Below, piece after piece: positions 1 through 9,742 of a stretch of DNA of 64,000 nucleotides. The position numbers were made by a program, and so were the translations under genes. The number at the start of each line of letters is the position of its first letter. Positions within the stretch are counted from its first letter, which is position 1. Under the pieces are notes generated by a model, which did no database searches, was not told where the DNA came from, and saw nothing but the letters and a program-made list of their open reading frames with translations. Source of the stretch: an uncultured virus (IMG/VR IMGVR_UViG_3300027708_002528) (Duplodnaviria; Heunggongvirae; Uroviricota; Caudoviricetes); IMG/VR virus record IMGVR_UViG_3300027708_002528, one strand, 5' to 3'.

Positions 1-535
1 CAGACAACTTCAATTTAACCAAGTTATGCATGGACGAAAAGATTTCAATATCCAACAACTCTTCAATAATCGAACGCCGATCGGCAGACGACATTTGCAT
101 AAAAGGAACAAATGATGAAGAACCTAATATGACAATTTGAGTAAAAGATTTGAAATTGAGTTTTAAGATTATTTTTTCTAGATGATCTTGATAATCTTTT
201 GATTTTGCGTCTTGATTAACTAGAGTTCCATTGCAATATATTTCAAATATCGCCGGCTTAATTCCTCGAATTACTTTATAGTTTCTATTACCAATAGAGA
301 ACTCAATTTCAACTACGCAATCTTTTTGGTTGATTGAATTGATTAAATTAGGTTTGTTTATCTTACGAAAAGCTTTTCCGAATAAGACAAAACAAAGCGC
401 ATCTAGAATTGTGCTTTTACCTGCACCATTCTTACCTATAATCAAAGTATTTGGAGACGCATCTAACTTAATTTCAGTGAAATAGTTTCCAGTACTTAGT
501 ATGTTTTTATATCTGAGTGTTTTGAATATTATCAT
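1..535 (-). CDS. 46: Recombination endonuclease ATPase subunit gp46 (SbcC/Rad50-like), 5' part; runs off the window
   Basis: Read by hand from ATG at 535: MIIFKTLRYKNILSTGNYFTEI...IIGKNGAGKSTILDALCFVLFGKAFRKINKPNLINSIN (Walker A). ATGA overlap with the gp47 stop. Confidence 0.93.
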   Translation of the reverse strand, partial: MIIFKTLRYKNILSTGNYFTEIKLDASPNTLIIGKNGAGKSTILDALCFVLFGKAFRKINKPNLINSINQKDCVVEIEFSIGNRNYKVIRGIKPAIFEIYCNGTLVNQDAKSKDYQDHLEKIILKLNFKSFTQIVILGSSSFVPFMQMSSADRRSIIEELLDIEIFSSMHNLVKLKLS

Positions 536-1611
536 TTGGAATCTAAGTTTATCGCTTCAACATATAATTCACGGAGAATAGATTTAAATCTATCCGAATT
601 GATATCTGTGTTTTCCAAAGAGTCAACAACCTTATTAATGATTGTGATTGTGTCTTCAGCCTCATCGATTGTATCATCTTTGGAATTGGTTGTCAAGTCT
701 TGAATATCTTCCGCTATGGTAATATCAGCCGGATTGACCTGATAAAGGTTACTCATAAAACTATCAAATAGATATGGATTCGTTTTATTTAAAACTACAA
801 CCTTGACATATGTATCTCTGTATTGACTTAAATCTCTGTTTGCAATGGTCATAATGTCATCGGCTTTATCATCATAAATGATTTTGTAGAACATCTTATA
901 TGGGTTTTCTACAAACGTCAATTCGCGAGTATCAGTATCGAATATATGAAATCCTCTTGGATCGTTATAATCCATCCAAGTCATTTCATATTGATTGCCG
1001 AGATATGTAATATTACCGTGGGTTGATTTGTGATGAAAATGCCCCGATAGAACAACATCGAATTTATCGAATACTTTTCGATCCAATCCTTCATGGCAGA
1101 TATTTCCTCGATCCATTTCAAATCCAGCAATTTCTAGGTGTCCCATTAGAATTTGAGATGAAGTGCTTTCAATCAAAGCCATCGTTTCATCAACATTATC
1201 ATCACATATCCAAGGCACAAATAGAATAGGAACCGAATCGAATTCAACAACCTTAGCACCAACATATATGTGAGGCTCATGCACTCCGTCGTAGGATTTG
1301 CATAGGTTGTCTATCGCGTTAACTCTATTGGTTCCTTTGTAATAGGTGTCATGATTACCTATTAGGATGTGTGTGTCTATGTTGTCTTTCCATAATCTTC
1401 GCATGAATCGATTTTGAAAATCATTTGCTACGTAGTGATTGATAAATCGGCGACGATCAACAACATCACCTAGATGAACTAGAGTCTTGATGTTATGTTC
1501 TTCAAGGTAAGGAAAGAACACATTCTCCCAAAATTTATAAAAATATTCATTGAAGATGGCACTGTCACCTCTTGCTCCGAAATGAGTGTCCGATACAATC
1601 GCAAATTTCAT
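532..1611 (-). CDS. 47: Recombination endonuclease nuclease subunit gp47 (SbcD/Mre11-like)
   Basis: Metallophosphoesterase motifs SDTHFG, HLGDVVD, GNHD, GHFH; adjacent to gp46. Confidence 0.95.
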   Translation of the reverse strand: MKFAIVSDTHFGARGDSAIFNEYFYKFWENVFFPYLEEHNIKTLVHLGDVVDRRRFINHYVANDFQNRFMRRLWKDNIDTHILIGNHDTYYKGTNRVNAIDNLCKSYDGVHEPHIYVGAKVVEFDSVPILFVPWICDDNVDETMALIESTSSQILMGHLEIAGFEMDRGNICHEGLDRKVFDKFDVVLSGHFHHKSTHGNITYLGNQYEMTWMDYNDPRGFHIFDTDTRELTFVENPYKMFYKIIYDDKADDIMTIANRDLSQYRDTYVKVVVLNKTNPYLFDSFMSNLYQVNPADITIAEDIQDLTTNSKDDTIDEAEDTITIINKVVDSLENTDINSDRFKSILRELYVEAINLDSK

Positions 1612-1613
1612 AG

Positions 1614-2159
1614 TTACTCCATATAAATTTCGATTCCTTCCGCTTCGCTCGGTTTAACAGAATCTTTCTTTTTTCTTTTTGATTCTTCCCAAGTGTGAAT
1701 GAATTCGGAAATATTTTCGTATAGTTCGACTTGTTTTCCTGTATTCTCGCTGTCGGAAGATTCTAACTCGCCGAATATTCCCATTTGCTGCGTGGATTTG
1801 TATTTCACATAGGTTTGCTTCTTCTCTTTTTCTATGCGCCTTAGAAAAGCATAGTATATGATTTGAGTGAAATATGCAAATGGATTTTGGCTCTTTTCCG
1901 GATTAAAATTGTGAAAGTACATCAGACAGTTTTCTATACCATCTCCAATCATCTCTTCTCGGTATGTGTAGTTCAGGAAATTGGGTTTGTGTGACAAACC
2001 TTCAGCAATTTTGATCCAACATTGTCCTATGTAATCCGGAATAGGTGGAGCCTCTTTTCCCGTTTCCTTTGCTTCTGAGCATTGCTTTTTATAAAGGATC
2101 AACGCATTCAGAAAATCGTTATTGTTGATATAATGCTTCTTTATTCGTTCAGTCATCAA
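1614..2159 (-). CDS. 55: Late-transcription sigma factor gp55
   Basis: HYINNNDF...IAEGLSHKPNFLNYTYREEMIGDGIENC...NPFAYFTQIIYYAFLRRIEKEKKQ. Confidence 0.95.
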   Translation of the reverse strand: MMTERIKKHYINNNDFLNALILYKKQCSEAKETGKEAPPIPDYIGQCWIKIAEGLSHKPNFLNYTYREEMIGDGIENCLMYFHNFNPEKSQNPFAYFTQIIYYAFLRRIEKEKKQTYVKYKSTQQMGIFGELESSDSENTGKQVELYENISEFIHTWEESKRKKKDSVKPSEAEGIEIYME

Positions 2160-2176
2160 GTTTACCTAAAATAGTG

Positions 2177-2205
2177 TTGACATTGCTATTGACAAGGCGT
2201 ATTAT
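2177..2205 (+). promoter_or_regulatory. Candidate sigma70-type promoter, antisense to the surrounding operon
   Basis: TTGACA (2177-2182), 17 nt, TATTAT (2200-2205); a second TTGACA at 2189-2194. Confidence 0.45.
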
Positions 2206-2241
2206 TCGCTATGTCCCCCTCCCGTCCCCCGGAAAGCAATG

Positions 2242-2619
2242 TTAATGTAGCCTGTTTGAATTATTCGCTATAGCTGCTAACATTGAATCTACCTGTGCTT
2301 TTATCTCATCAGAACTAGCTAAGTCAGTTTCTGATAAGTCCTTAGTGAGTAGATTAATATAATATTCATAAAACATTTCAGATGGATCATTCATGGTTAA
2401 TACATCTTCGACATGAATCAAAGCAACATCTTCATTCACCAATTGTTTAGGTAACCAAGGCTGCATCATAATATATTGTTGACCACGTACAGTTTCAACA
2501 GCAAATAGCATACTGTCCTTTAATAAAAGGGTATCATCTTCATTAAAAACAACTTTAGCTATTACATCAACACCATGTTTAAACTTGACAATTTTAACGT
2601 GTTCTAGAGATTCTATCAT
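2242..2619 (-). CDS. Conserved hypothetical protein between uvsW and gp55
   Basis: 125-aa ORF (KIVKFKHGVDVIAKV...MMQPWLP) in a slot typical of T4-like phages; abuts the uvsW stop. Confidence 0.75.
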   Translation of the reverse strand: MIESLEHVKIVKFKHGVDVIAKVVFNEDDTLLLKDSMLFAVETVRGQQYIMMQPWLPKQLVNEDVALIHVEDVLTMNDPSEMFYEYYINLLTKDLSETDLASSDEIKAQVDSMLAAIANNSNRLH

Positions 2620-4115
2620 TATTTTAGTCCTATCTTATAAAGTTTATAATTAAATTTCTCTTCGTTATATACTGAAACTCTTTCCATAAAATGTTTAAGA
2701 GTATAGTTACTAGATTTACCTGTTCTCAAATCATCTGCAATATCATATAGTGTCGCAGTATCTTTTCCTGAACTAGTTCTTAACACGCGTCCTATTGATT
2801 GAAGATTGCGAATTCTAGACTTTGAAGGTGAAGCAAAAATAACATTGTGTAGATTACGAATATTAATACCTGTAGAAAACGTTCCATAAGAAGCTATTAT
2901 GATCGCGTCTTCTTCTTTTTCTACCACACTTCGAATCATCTCTCTTTCTTCGACGGGAGTATCACCGCACACAAAGAATACTTTTCTATCGCCAATATTA
3001 GAGGAATTCTTGATTAGATCATACAGTATTTTACCGTGTTTGTCAACATATTGATATAGCACTAGAGTATTCGTTTTCATACTCAATGCTAAGTTTTTAA
3101 TAAACTTATTTCTTGCAACGTTCGATACTAGAAAGTCTATTTCAGACTGATAATCTGTATTTTTAAGTTGAGTGCATATATCTTTAGGATAGTTCAATAC
3201 AAGACATTTGATTGCAAGTTTAGCTAATTGATTTTTGTCAATTAATTCTTTGGTGCTTATAACCTTATGAGCAGCACCAAACAGACCTTCTAATACTAGT
3301 TTATGAGTTTTAGTGCCATCTAAAGTTCCTGTCAATCCAATACGGTATTTTGCATTAACTAAGTTAGTCATTATCTTAGTCAATGATTGTGCTTGAAATT
3401 TATGTGCTTCGTCACCAATAACAAAATCATATCCTTCAAAATACTCTTTCGGTAATTTATATACCGATTGCCAAGTGGTAATAATCAATTGTTTATTGGA
3501 TGATTTATCTTTTCCTACATATACTCTATGCACATTGTCTTCTACACTCCAACCATTTTCGGTTGAATAATCTGCGAAATCTGAATAGAGTTGCTCTACT
3601 AGTGATGTGGTAGGAACTATTATAATTCCTTTATTACATTTATACTCAAGTAATTGTCGTATAATTAAGTATATGATTAATGATTTTCCTGATGCAGTAG
3701 GAGATAATATCAAAGCGCGCCTATGCCTCATTGCATGAATAAATGCATTTGATTGGTGAGAATGCACTTTAATCGATTCATTTCTTGATTGAAGCTTTAA
3801 TTGACTATAGAATTTATTTGCAATAACTTCTGAAAATTCGTCTGCAACGAAATCATTTTCATTGACATATCCAATAACATAATCACGTTCTTCACAGAAA
3901 ATTTTTAGATATTCAATCAAGCCATAATATAATGTGTTATCATTCAACGAATACAGTCTAATCTTTCCATCCCAAACTCTAGACCTAAATGCTGGAGTAA
4001 ACTGGGCTCCTGGAACCATAAAAGTAAAATACTCAGAAAGCTCATATGAAATGTCTTTATCACATTTCAATTGAATGTATGCTTCATTTATTTTTTTTAT
4101 TAGTATTTCACTCAT
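2619..4115 (-). CDS. uvsW: UvsW SF2 DNA helicase
   Basis: SPTASGKS, DEAH, GLTGT, QSIGRVLR motifs; N-terminal WDGKIRL. Confidence 0.95.
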   Translation of the reverse strand: MSEILIKKINEAYIQLKCDKDISYELSEYFTFMVPGAQFTPAFRSRVWDGKIRLYSLNDNTLYYGLIEYLKIFCEERDYVIGYVNENDFVADEFSEVIANKFYSQLKLQSRNESIKVHSHQSNAFIHAMRHRRALILSPTASGKSLIIYLIIRQLLEYKCNKGIIIVPTTSLVEQLYSDFADYSTENGWSVEDNVHRVYVGKDKSSNKQLIITTWQSVYKLPKEYFEGYDFVIGDEAHKFQAQSLTKIMTNLVNAKYRIGLTGTLDGTKTHKLVLEGLFGAAHKVISTKELIDKNQLAKLAIKCLVLNYPKDICTQLKNTDYQSEIDFLVSNVARNKFIKNLALSMKTNTLVLYQYVDKHGKILYDLIKNSSNIGDRKVFFVCGDTPVEEREMIRSVVEKEEDAIIIASYGTFSTGINIRNLHNVIFASPSKSRIRNLQSIGRVLRTSSGKDTATLYDIADDLRTGKSSNYTLKHFMERVSVYNEEKFNYKLYKIGLK

Positions 4116-4553
4116 TTATTGTCCACTGACGAATTTCTCCCAAGAAATAATATCTCTGAGTTGAAATGTTCTGCTTTTTAATTCCTGTAAAATAGATTCA
4201 CAGACAGAAACTACTTCTTCATGATATGATTTTCTTTCGAGTATTTTGATTAAATCCTTATCTGAATCCAGATAGGTTTCTATTTCGGCTTTTAATAGCT
4301 TTTTTCTCCAAATCTCCCAACCGTATTCATCATATTGTTCTTTTGTGAATTCACCGTTGAAATATTCGATCTTAGTTCTGCGCAATCTTTGATAATCAAA
4401 TTTTGCTTTCTTGACCGCAATTCTATGCGCTACAAGTATATTTAAATATTTACTGTGTAGTAGAGGAACTTTTATTAATTCTTTTGAAGGTTCTAGAATG
4501 TCTACGACCGAGTCTTTGCCCCAAAAACCTAACACTTCATCAAGTTTTTCCAT
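4116..4553 (-). CDS. uvsY: UvsY recombination mediator
   Basis: PLLHSKYL...YLDSDKDL...RTFQLRDIISWEKF; directly upstream of uvsW. Confidence 0.88.
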   Translation of the reverse strand: MEKLDEVLGFWGKDSVVDILEPSKELIKVPLLHSKYLNILVAHRIAVKKAKFDYQRLRRTKIEYFNGEFTKEQYDEYGWEIWRKKLLKAEIETYLDSDKDLIKILERKSYHEEVVSVCESILQELKSRTFQLRDIISWEKFVSGQ

Positions 4554-4571
4554 AATTCACCTAAAATAACA

Positions 4572-4600
4572 AGTATATCATTAATATATGATAAAGTCAA
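4572..4600 (-). promoter_or_regulatory. Sigma70-type promoter for uvsY-uvsW-55-47-46
   Basis: Minus strand TTGACT, 17 nt, TATACT, about 20 nt above the uvsY ATG. Confidence 0.75.
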
Positions 4601-4603
4601 CTA

Positions 4604-5137
4604 TTAGGTAGGTCTAATAATATCAAACCAAGAATATCGTAAGGTTAGACTTGATGTGATGATCGTATCCGCATTTTCAGTTGTGCTGAAATTAATTGAT
4701 GATAGATCAGTTGGAAAACATTCGACAAATTTAAATTTCAGTTTTGGATTGTTGAGTGCGGTATGAATCGATAACTCAGCATCTGAGAATTGAGGAAATG
4801 GAGATTGGGCACTCACTCGGGATAATGCATTCAAGTTCTTATATTCGTTAAATGTTGTAGGCTTACCCATGCCTCGCATCCAATCGTGAATTTCTTGCCA
4901 TGTTCTAAGTTCTTCATCAACCAGAAAATCTAAGGTCAATGGAGAATATGTTAAGTTATTTCCAGGTGAGTGTAAGTCCGCAAATGGAGTCGGTCTAGCT
5001 ATTTCTCCTAATGATATGCCTGGAATTTCAACCGATTGACAGAAGAATGTAGTATTAGGAAGACGAGCAAAAATCAACTCAAACTTTGTCGGCTGCAAAT
5101 AATTTGTATTTTGAGGACTTCTTGTAATTGCAGTCAT
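4604..5137 (-). CDS. 3: Tail tube terminator / tail completion protein gp3
   Basis: NYLQPTKF...FFCQSVEIPGISLG...FLVDEELRTWQEIHDWM...FPTDLSSINF. Confidence 0.88.
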   Translation of the reverse strand: MTAITRSPQNTNYLQPTKFELIFARLPNTTFFCQSVEIPGISLGEIARPTPFADLHSPGNNLTYSPLTLDFLVDEELRTWQEIHDWMRGMGKPTTFNEYKNLNALSRVSAQSPFPQFSDAELSIHTALNNPKLKFKFVECFPTDLSSINFSTTENADTIITSSLTLRYSWFDIIRPT

Positions 5138-5176
5138 GGATATAACCCTATGTCAGTTATGGTGTTATTTAGTAAT

Positions 5177-5204
5177 AAAAAAAGAGGGGCTAGAGCCCCT
5201 CTTT
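5177..5204 (-). terminator. Rho-independent terminator after the major capsid gene
   Basis: AAAGAGGGGCT / AGCCCCTCTTT inverted repeat followed by a U-tract on the minus strand. Confidence 0.85.
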
Positions 5205-5241
5205 AAAATACCAATCTTAACGTTGGTTTTTTTATTGAAGA

Positions 5242-6555
5242 TTACATCAGGTTTGTTACTTTGAAGATACGGTAGTAAACGTTAGCACGAGCATTTAGAA
5301 CACCTGCGCCATTGTTTAGACCTTCAGCAAATGGGTTCGCAACCATGCCGTAGCGTGTTTTGAAACCAATCTTTGGCTGGAATGTGTCTTGATCAACTGC
5401 ACGTACCATTTGTAGAGGAACGTATGGGCAGTAGAATAGACCAGCATCATAAGGTGAAGAACCTTTATAACCGATTGTAACAAGTTCTTGATTGGCTGTA
5501 TAACCACCGAAGTATGGATCGATGTATACTTTGATACGACCATGAAGCATACCAGCAAAAGTATTGCCTGTGTCATCAACTTGTAGATCGGCTTGTAGTG
5601 CAGGTGTATAATCAAGAACACCAGCCATGGCTAGAGCGGAAGCAACGTCTGAAGAAACGATTAGAACGTTACCTTTTCCACGACGAGTTTGCTTTGCAAT
5701 AACGTTAGCATCACGCTCGATTTGGAAAATAAGACCTTTGAAACGCTCAACTGACCAACGACCATTTGAGTCTGTGTCAAGGTCAAACGCACCGGCTGTA
5801 ACTGTACCGTACTGAGCACCTGGTTTTGCAACAGTGTAGATAGTACGAATAACTTCGCGGTTGATCTCAGCTAGAATCTCTGTCGAAAGAATATTTGACA
5901 GTTCTGTTTCTGCATCAAGACCATGGATTGCTTTTAAGTCTTGTGCAAGTTCTAGAGAGTATTCAGCTTTTAGCGCACGGCTGTTTGCTGTAACAGTAAC
6001 CTTATCGATTGTGAAAGCCATCTGATTGAATGCACCACCAGACGAACTACCGAGCAATTCAGCATCAGCAGTTGCAAAACCACGACCTGTTGTAAACAAT
6101 TGTGAGTTAGCAGTATTGCTTACTGGATTGTTTGATGTATCAGTTGTGGTATTGCCTGAAGTGATACCACCAAAAATGGTATTAGCTTCATTGAAGAATG
6201 CTTCGTTTGTATTTGAAGGATTACCTGACTGGGCGCTATAACGAGCGCGCATTGCGAAAATAAGACCAGTAGGACCTGTCATTGGCTGAACACCAGCAAC
6301 ATCATATGCAATTAGATTAGGAAGCGCACGACGAACTAGTGAAATAAGAACTGGATCGAAGTTTGAAACACCGCTGGCAACGTTAGTTGGAACTACGTTT
6401 TCGTTCAGTTGTTGACGATCTGATTCCATTGCACGCTGTTGATTCTCTAGAACGAGTGCAGTAACCGCTTTCTTGTATGGATCGGTAATTCCAGGAAGAC
6501 CTTCGTGGTCTAGAACTGGACCCCATTTTTGTTGTAGTTCTTCTGTTAAAAACAT
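5242..6555 (-). CDS. 23: Major capsid protein gp23
   Basis: GVQPMTGPTGLIFAMRARY, SRALKAEYSLELAQDLKAIHGLDAETEL, FQPKIGFKTRYGMVANPF. Confidence 0.98.
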   Translation of the reverse strand: MFLTEELQQKWGPVLDHEGLPGITDPYKKAVTALVLENQQRAMESDRQQLNENVVPTNVASGVSNFDPVLISLVRRALPNLIAYDVAGVQPMTGPTGLIFAMRARYSAQSGNPSNTNEAFFNEANTIFGGITSGNTTTDTSNNPVSNTANSQLFTTGRGFATADAELLGSSSGGAFNQMAFTIDKVTVTANSRALKAEYSLELAQDLKAIHGLDAETELSNILSTEILAEINREVIRTIYTVAKPGAQYGTVTAGAFDLDTDSNGRWSVERFKGLIFQIERDANVIAKQTRRGKGNVLIVSSDVASALAMAGVLDYTPALQADLQVDDTGNTFAGMLHGRIKVYIDPYFGGYTANQELVTIGYKGSSPYDAGLFYCPYVPLQMVRAVDQDTFQPKIGFKTRYGMVANPFAEGLNNGAGVLNARANVYYRIFKVTNLM

Positions 6556-6586
6556 TTTTGTTTCCTTTATAAGGTTAGTTTATTAT

Positions 6587-7825
6587 TTATCGTTGAACTG
6601 ATTTTGAGATTGCCTTTGCGTATGCATCAATAGATGGATCATGCGACACGGCAGAAGGCTTCTTACCTACTTCTTCAATAAGAATTTCATCCAATGCGGA
6701 CGATTCGGCTGATTTTACGACTGAAGGAAAATATGATTCCTTCATAACGATGAGTTTGTCAACAAACTCCTCTTCGCTAGAAAACTCCACACCCTCTGCG
6801 AGTTCTTTGAGTTTTTCAGCTTGAGTCAGCAATAGCCCTTCACATACTGAGTGAACAGCTTCGACCTTCTTATGTTCTACTAATTCTTTACGTAGTTGAA
6901 CGCCACGTTGAATTTCTTCGTTTAGTTTGTCTTCTAAGCTTTCAACTTGCTCGGCAAGTTCGCCAACTAAATCGACTTTTTCAGTAGGAATGTCAATATA
7001 ATGTTCTGCAAATAGATCACGCAGACCACCAATAAAGTCTTCAACAATCTCGGATCTTAGACCTTTTTCAATTGCCAATTCATTTTCTTTCATCCATTCT
7101 TCGACCATATAATTTAAATAGTCATCAATTTTATCGGCAAAGTCTTCTTTAATTTCTTCTAGAGCGGATTCAAATTGCTCTGTCAGTTTAACTTCAACTT
7201 CTTCAGCGATTTGTTTAGCGTGAGCTAATACAGATGCTTCATAAATTGTAGAAGCTTTTGATTTGAAGTCTTCGGTCAATTCTTCACCTTCGAACATCGC
7301 ATCAATGTCTTCTTTCATTTTCATCTTCATTTTTTCTTTCTTCTCATGAGCCATTGACTCATCATCTTTCTTTCCGGCTTCTGAAATAACTTCATCGTCC
7401 GATTCAGTTTCTTCAGGAACGTAAGGTGCAACGGCTCCTTTGTTAGGCTGCTGAGTCGCTCCTGGTGCGGAATATTTTTTGCGATCACGAATATCATCGT
7501 CTGATGTTTGATCTAGCTTTGGAGGATGAACTAAATCTGAACGGCCTTGTGAATCTTGTGGACCAGTAGACTTTGTTGCACCAACACCGTCCGATTGCTG
7601 ACCAACTGGAGGAGTAGCTCCGGGTGCTGTAGCACTAGGAACTCCTTTTGTGTATGCAGGAAGAGGAGAGGTAGTTTTTTGGGGTGTGTGCCCAATATCT
7701 TCCATTCCTTGTTCATCGGCTGCAACTTTCTTACCGCCACCAAATACTTGATCGCCGGTGCGCTTGTATGCAGTTCCGGCTAAAATGTCAGCGGCCGCTT
7801 CACTGATATTGAATTTCTTAACCAT
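6587..7825 (-). CDS. 22: Prohead core scaffold protein gp22
   Basis: Acidic coiled coil, DDYLNYMVEEWMKENELAIEKGLRSEIVEDFIGGLRDLFAEHYIDIP; lies between gp21 and gp23. Confidence 0.93.
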   Translation of the reverse strand: MVKKFNISEAAADILAGTAYKRTGDQVFGGGKKVAADEQGMEDIGHTPQKTTSPLPAYTKGVPSATAPGATPPVGQQSDGVGATKSTGPQDSQGRSDLVHPPKLDQTSDDDIRDRKKYSAPGATQQPNKGAVAPYVPEETESDDEVISEAGKKDDESMAHEKKEKMKMKMKEDIDAMFEGEELTEDFKSKASTIYEASVLAHAKQIAEEVEVKLTEQFESALEEIKEDFADKIDDYLNYMVEEWMKENELAIEKGLRSEIVEDFIGGLRDLFAEHYIDIPTEKVDLVGELAEQVESLEDKLNEEIQRGVQLRKELVEHKKVEAVHSVCEGLLLTQAEKLKELAEGVEFSSEEEFVDKLIVMKESYFPSVVKSAESSALDEILIEEVGKKPSAVSHDPSIDAYAKAISKSVQR

Positions 7826-7853
7826 TTAGAATCTCCTAGGTTTATATATTGGA

Positions 7854-7861
7854 TATTTATA
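7854..7861 (-). promoter_or_regulatory. T4-type late promoter (TATAAATA) for gp22-gp23
   Basis: Exact gp55 consensus about 30 nt above the gp22 start. Confidence 0.8.
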
Positions 7862-7863
7862 AA

Positions 7864-8508
7864 TTAAAGTTTCCTGATAAAATCTTTAAATATTTTAAGT
7901 TTAACGTCTTCGCGAAGACGCTTAGGTGCATGTTTGAAAGTTTGAATAGCAGCCTCTTGATCGGCTTCTGTCCAAACTCCGTTAATTAGCATCCATTCTT
8001 TTCCTTCCATAATGCCCTCAACAAATGCTCCTGGAGCGGAAGGGTCTGCTACAATGTCTGCCGCTGTGGCTAGACGGAAATCGTCTTGTACTACACTAAC
8101 TCCGTTAACGGATTTCAAAGAACCCATTCCTCGGGACGATACACCTAATTGACCTCCACCTTCGATGAGGCCTTTTGCGATATTACCCATTGGAGTATCT
8201 AGAATTTTTGCTTTTCCTATCCAATTAGTACCTTCTTGTCTTAAATCAACAATCATATGCGAGACTCTATGTAAATTTAAAGCAGGTGTATCCGGATGTC
8301 CTAACTCACCGTATGCTCTATTTTTACTTACAACTTCTTCCATATACCGGTTAACTTCTTTTTGCATAGTTCCGGATTTGTACATTCTTCCGTTTTTATT
8401 GACTTTTTCAGCCACCAAAAAAGGACCTTGAATGAAGAGTGATTTTTTTCCATCAACCTCTTCGACAAGATAGTCTACTTCTTCTACGACTTCTTTTATA
8501 AGTTTCAA
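7864..8508 (-). CDS. 21: Prohead protease gp21 (TTG start)
   Basis: NKNGRMY, AYGELGHP, GVSSRGMGSL, ADIVADPSAPGAFV; GGAG Shine-Dalgarno upstream of the TTG. Confidence 0.95.
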   Translation of the reverse strand: MKLIKEVVEEVDYLVEEVDGKKSLFIQGPFLVAEKVNKNGRMYKSGTMQKEVNRYMEEVVSKNRAYGELGHPDTPALNLHRVSHMIVDLRQEGTNWIGKAKILDTPMGNIAKGLIEGGGQLGVSSRGMGSLKSVNGVSVVQDDFRLATAADIVADPSAPGAFVEGIMEGKEWMLINGVWTEADQEAAIQTFKHAPKRLREDVKLKIFKDFIRKL

Positions 8509-8520
8509 GATAATAGTCTC

Positions 8521-8937
8521 CTATAGACCTAAAGATTTTCTTTTTCTGAGGGACATTTTTCTTTTTCTTAGTGACTGTCTCAGCTTGGATCTTCTTTTAA
8601 TTTTTGCTCTTCTAGCAGCCACTTTTCTATTTCTTCTCTCTTGAGATGACATTCTAACCATTCGACCTCCTCGAATGGTATACCCTTTAATGGCTGAAAC
8701 TTTTTTTCTACGCTGTACTTTTCCTCCGCGAACTCTTGCGCGAATTAACTTCATTCTTCCTAATTTTTGTACATTTGCTTCATCAATAGTGTCTTTATAA
8801 TTTTGAATATGTTCGGCTACTAGATACTTTTTATGTTCGATTAATCTATCACTGACGACTTCTTCCATTTGGCTTTTAAATTCTTCTTTAGCCAAATGGA
8901 AGTTTTCATTTAAAATTAAATCGAGTAGCTTTCTCAT
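8521..8937 (-). CDS. Basic prohead core protein (gp68-like)
   Basis: Likely start is the ATG at 8937 (MRKLLDLILNE), not 9033. Arg/Lys-rich C-terminus; directly upstream of gp21. Confidence 0.7.
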   Translation of the reverse strand: MRKLLDLILNENFHLAKEEFKSQMEEVVSDRLIEHKKYLVAEHIQNYKDTIDEANVQKLGRMKLIRARVRGGKVQRRKKVSAIKGYTIRGGRMVRMSSQERRNRKVAARRAKIKRRSKLRQSLRKRKMSLRKRKSLGL

Positions 8938-8941
8938 TAAA

Positions 8942-9499
8942 TTATGGTGTAACTCCATATGAACCGTAATTGAATGCAGCTGGATCGGACAAGTGTCCGC
9001 GCTGATAATGAGTATTATCTTTTCTGAATTCAATTATAATGGTATATGCTGTTCCAGCAACCGCACCTGAAGTAGTGATTCCGACATCGCCTGTTCTGTC
9101 AACGCCTGCATTATTTGGAATCGTTGCCCAGTTAGCTGAATCTGACCAAGTAGACGTACCTGTTATATAAAACACGTTTGCTGAGTTTGCCGCATTAGTC
9201 GCTGACCATGATACTGTAATCACACCAGGAGTTGTTCCTGATTGCTTATTACCGATATTGGTATCATACCAAATTCTAGAAAAAGTTAATCCGTAATATG
9301 GCAAAGCAGTTCCTACTTGAGTAGAACCTTGATTAAGTAGTGAAGGTGTCGAATTTGAATTCAATGCGCCGAATAGAGAGTTTGCTTGAATTCGTTTTGT
9401 ATTTGCTTCCTGTGTCGTTCCATCAAAGATACCAGTCAATTTAATAATTGCTTGCTGGTTAGTATCTTTGATGACATGATAGCCGTATGCGTTTGCCAT
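8942..9499 (-). CDS. Hypothetical virion protein in the head module
   Basis: 185-aa beta-rich ORF with an AGGA RBS, between the gp67-like and gp68-like genes. Confidence 0.7.
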   Translation of the reverse strand: MANAYGYHVIKDTNQQAIIKLTGIFDGTTQEANTKRIQANSLFGALNSNSTPSLLNQGSTQVGTALPYYGLTFSRIWYDTNIGNKQSGTTPGVITVSWSATNAANSANVFYITGTSTWSDSANWATIPNNAGVDRTGDVGITTSGAVAGTAYTIIIEFRKDNTHYQRGHLSDPAAFNYGSYGVTP

Positions 9500-9526
9500 G
9501 ATTTATTCCTTAATTTGAACTAATGC

Positions 9527-9709
9527 TTATTCACTTTCGGAAGGTTGATCGGATGGTTGTCCGACCAAGCTCGCGGCAATTTCCATTTTTCTGGACTCTA
9601 AAGCATCGGCTAACTTATCTTGAATAGCCGCATAAAATGCATCACGCATTTCATTAGCTTTATCGTTAATTGCCAACTCTACGATTTCTTTTGATTTTTC
9701 GTTAGACAT
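9527..9709 (-). CDS. Small acidic prohead core protein (gp67-like)
   Basis: 60 aa, directly downstream of the portal gene; GGAG RBS and a late promoter upstream. Confidence 0.7.
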   Translation of the reverse strand: MSNEKSKEIVELAINDKANEMRDAFYAAIQDKLADALESRKMEIAASLVGQPSDQPSESE

Positions 9710-9734
9710 AATGTCTCCAAATTATTTTATGTAT

Positions 9735-9742
9735 TATTTATA
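9735..9742 (-). promoter_or_regulatory. Late promoter TATAAATA
   Basis: Exact consensus overlapping the portal stop codon. Confidence 0.75.

Noticed and set aside
8938..9033. ORF-track N-terminal extensions (also 49818-49907, 59701-59742, 63481-63510)
   Set aside because: They overlap neighbouring genes or the tmRNA end; downstream ATGs fit the RBS positions and family N-termini better.
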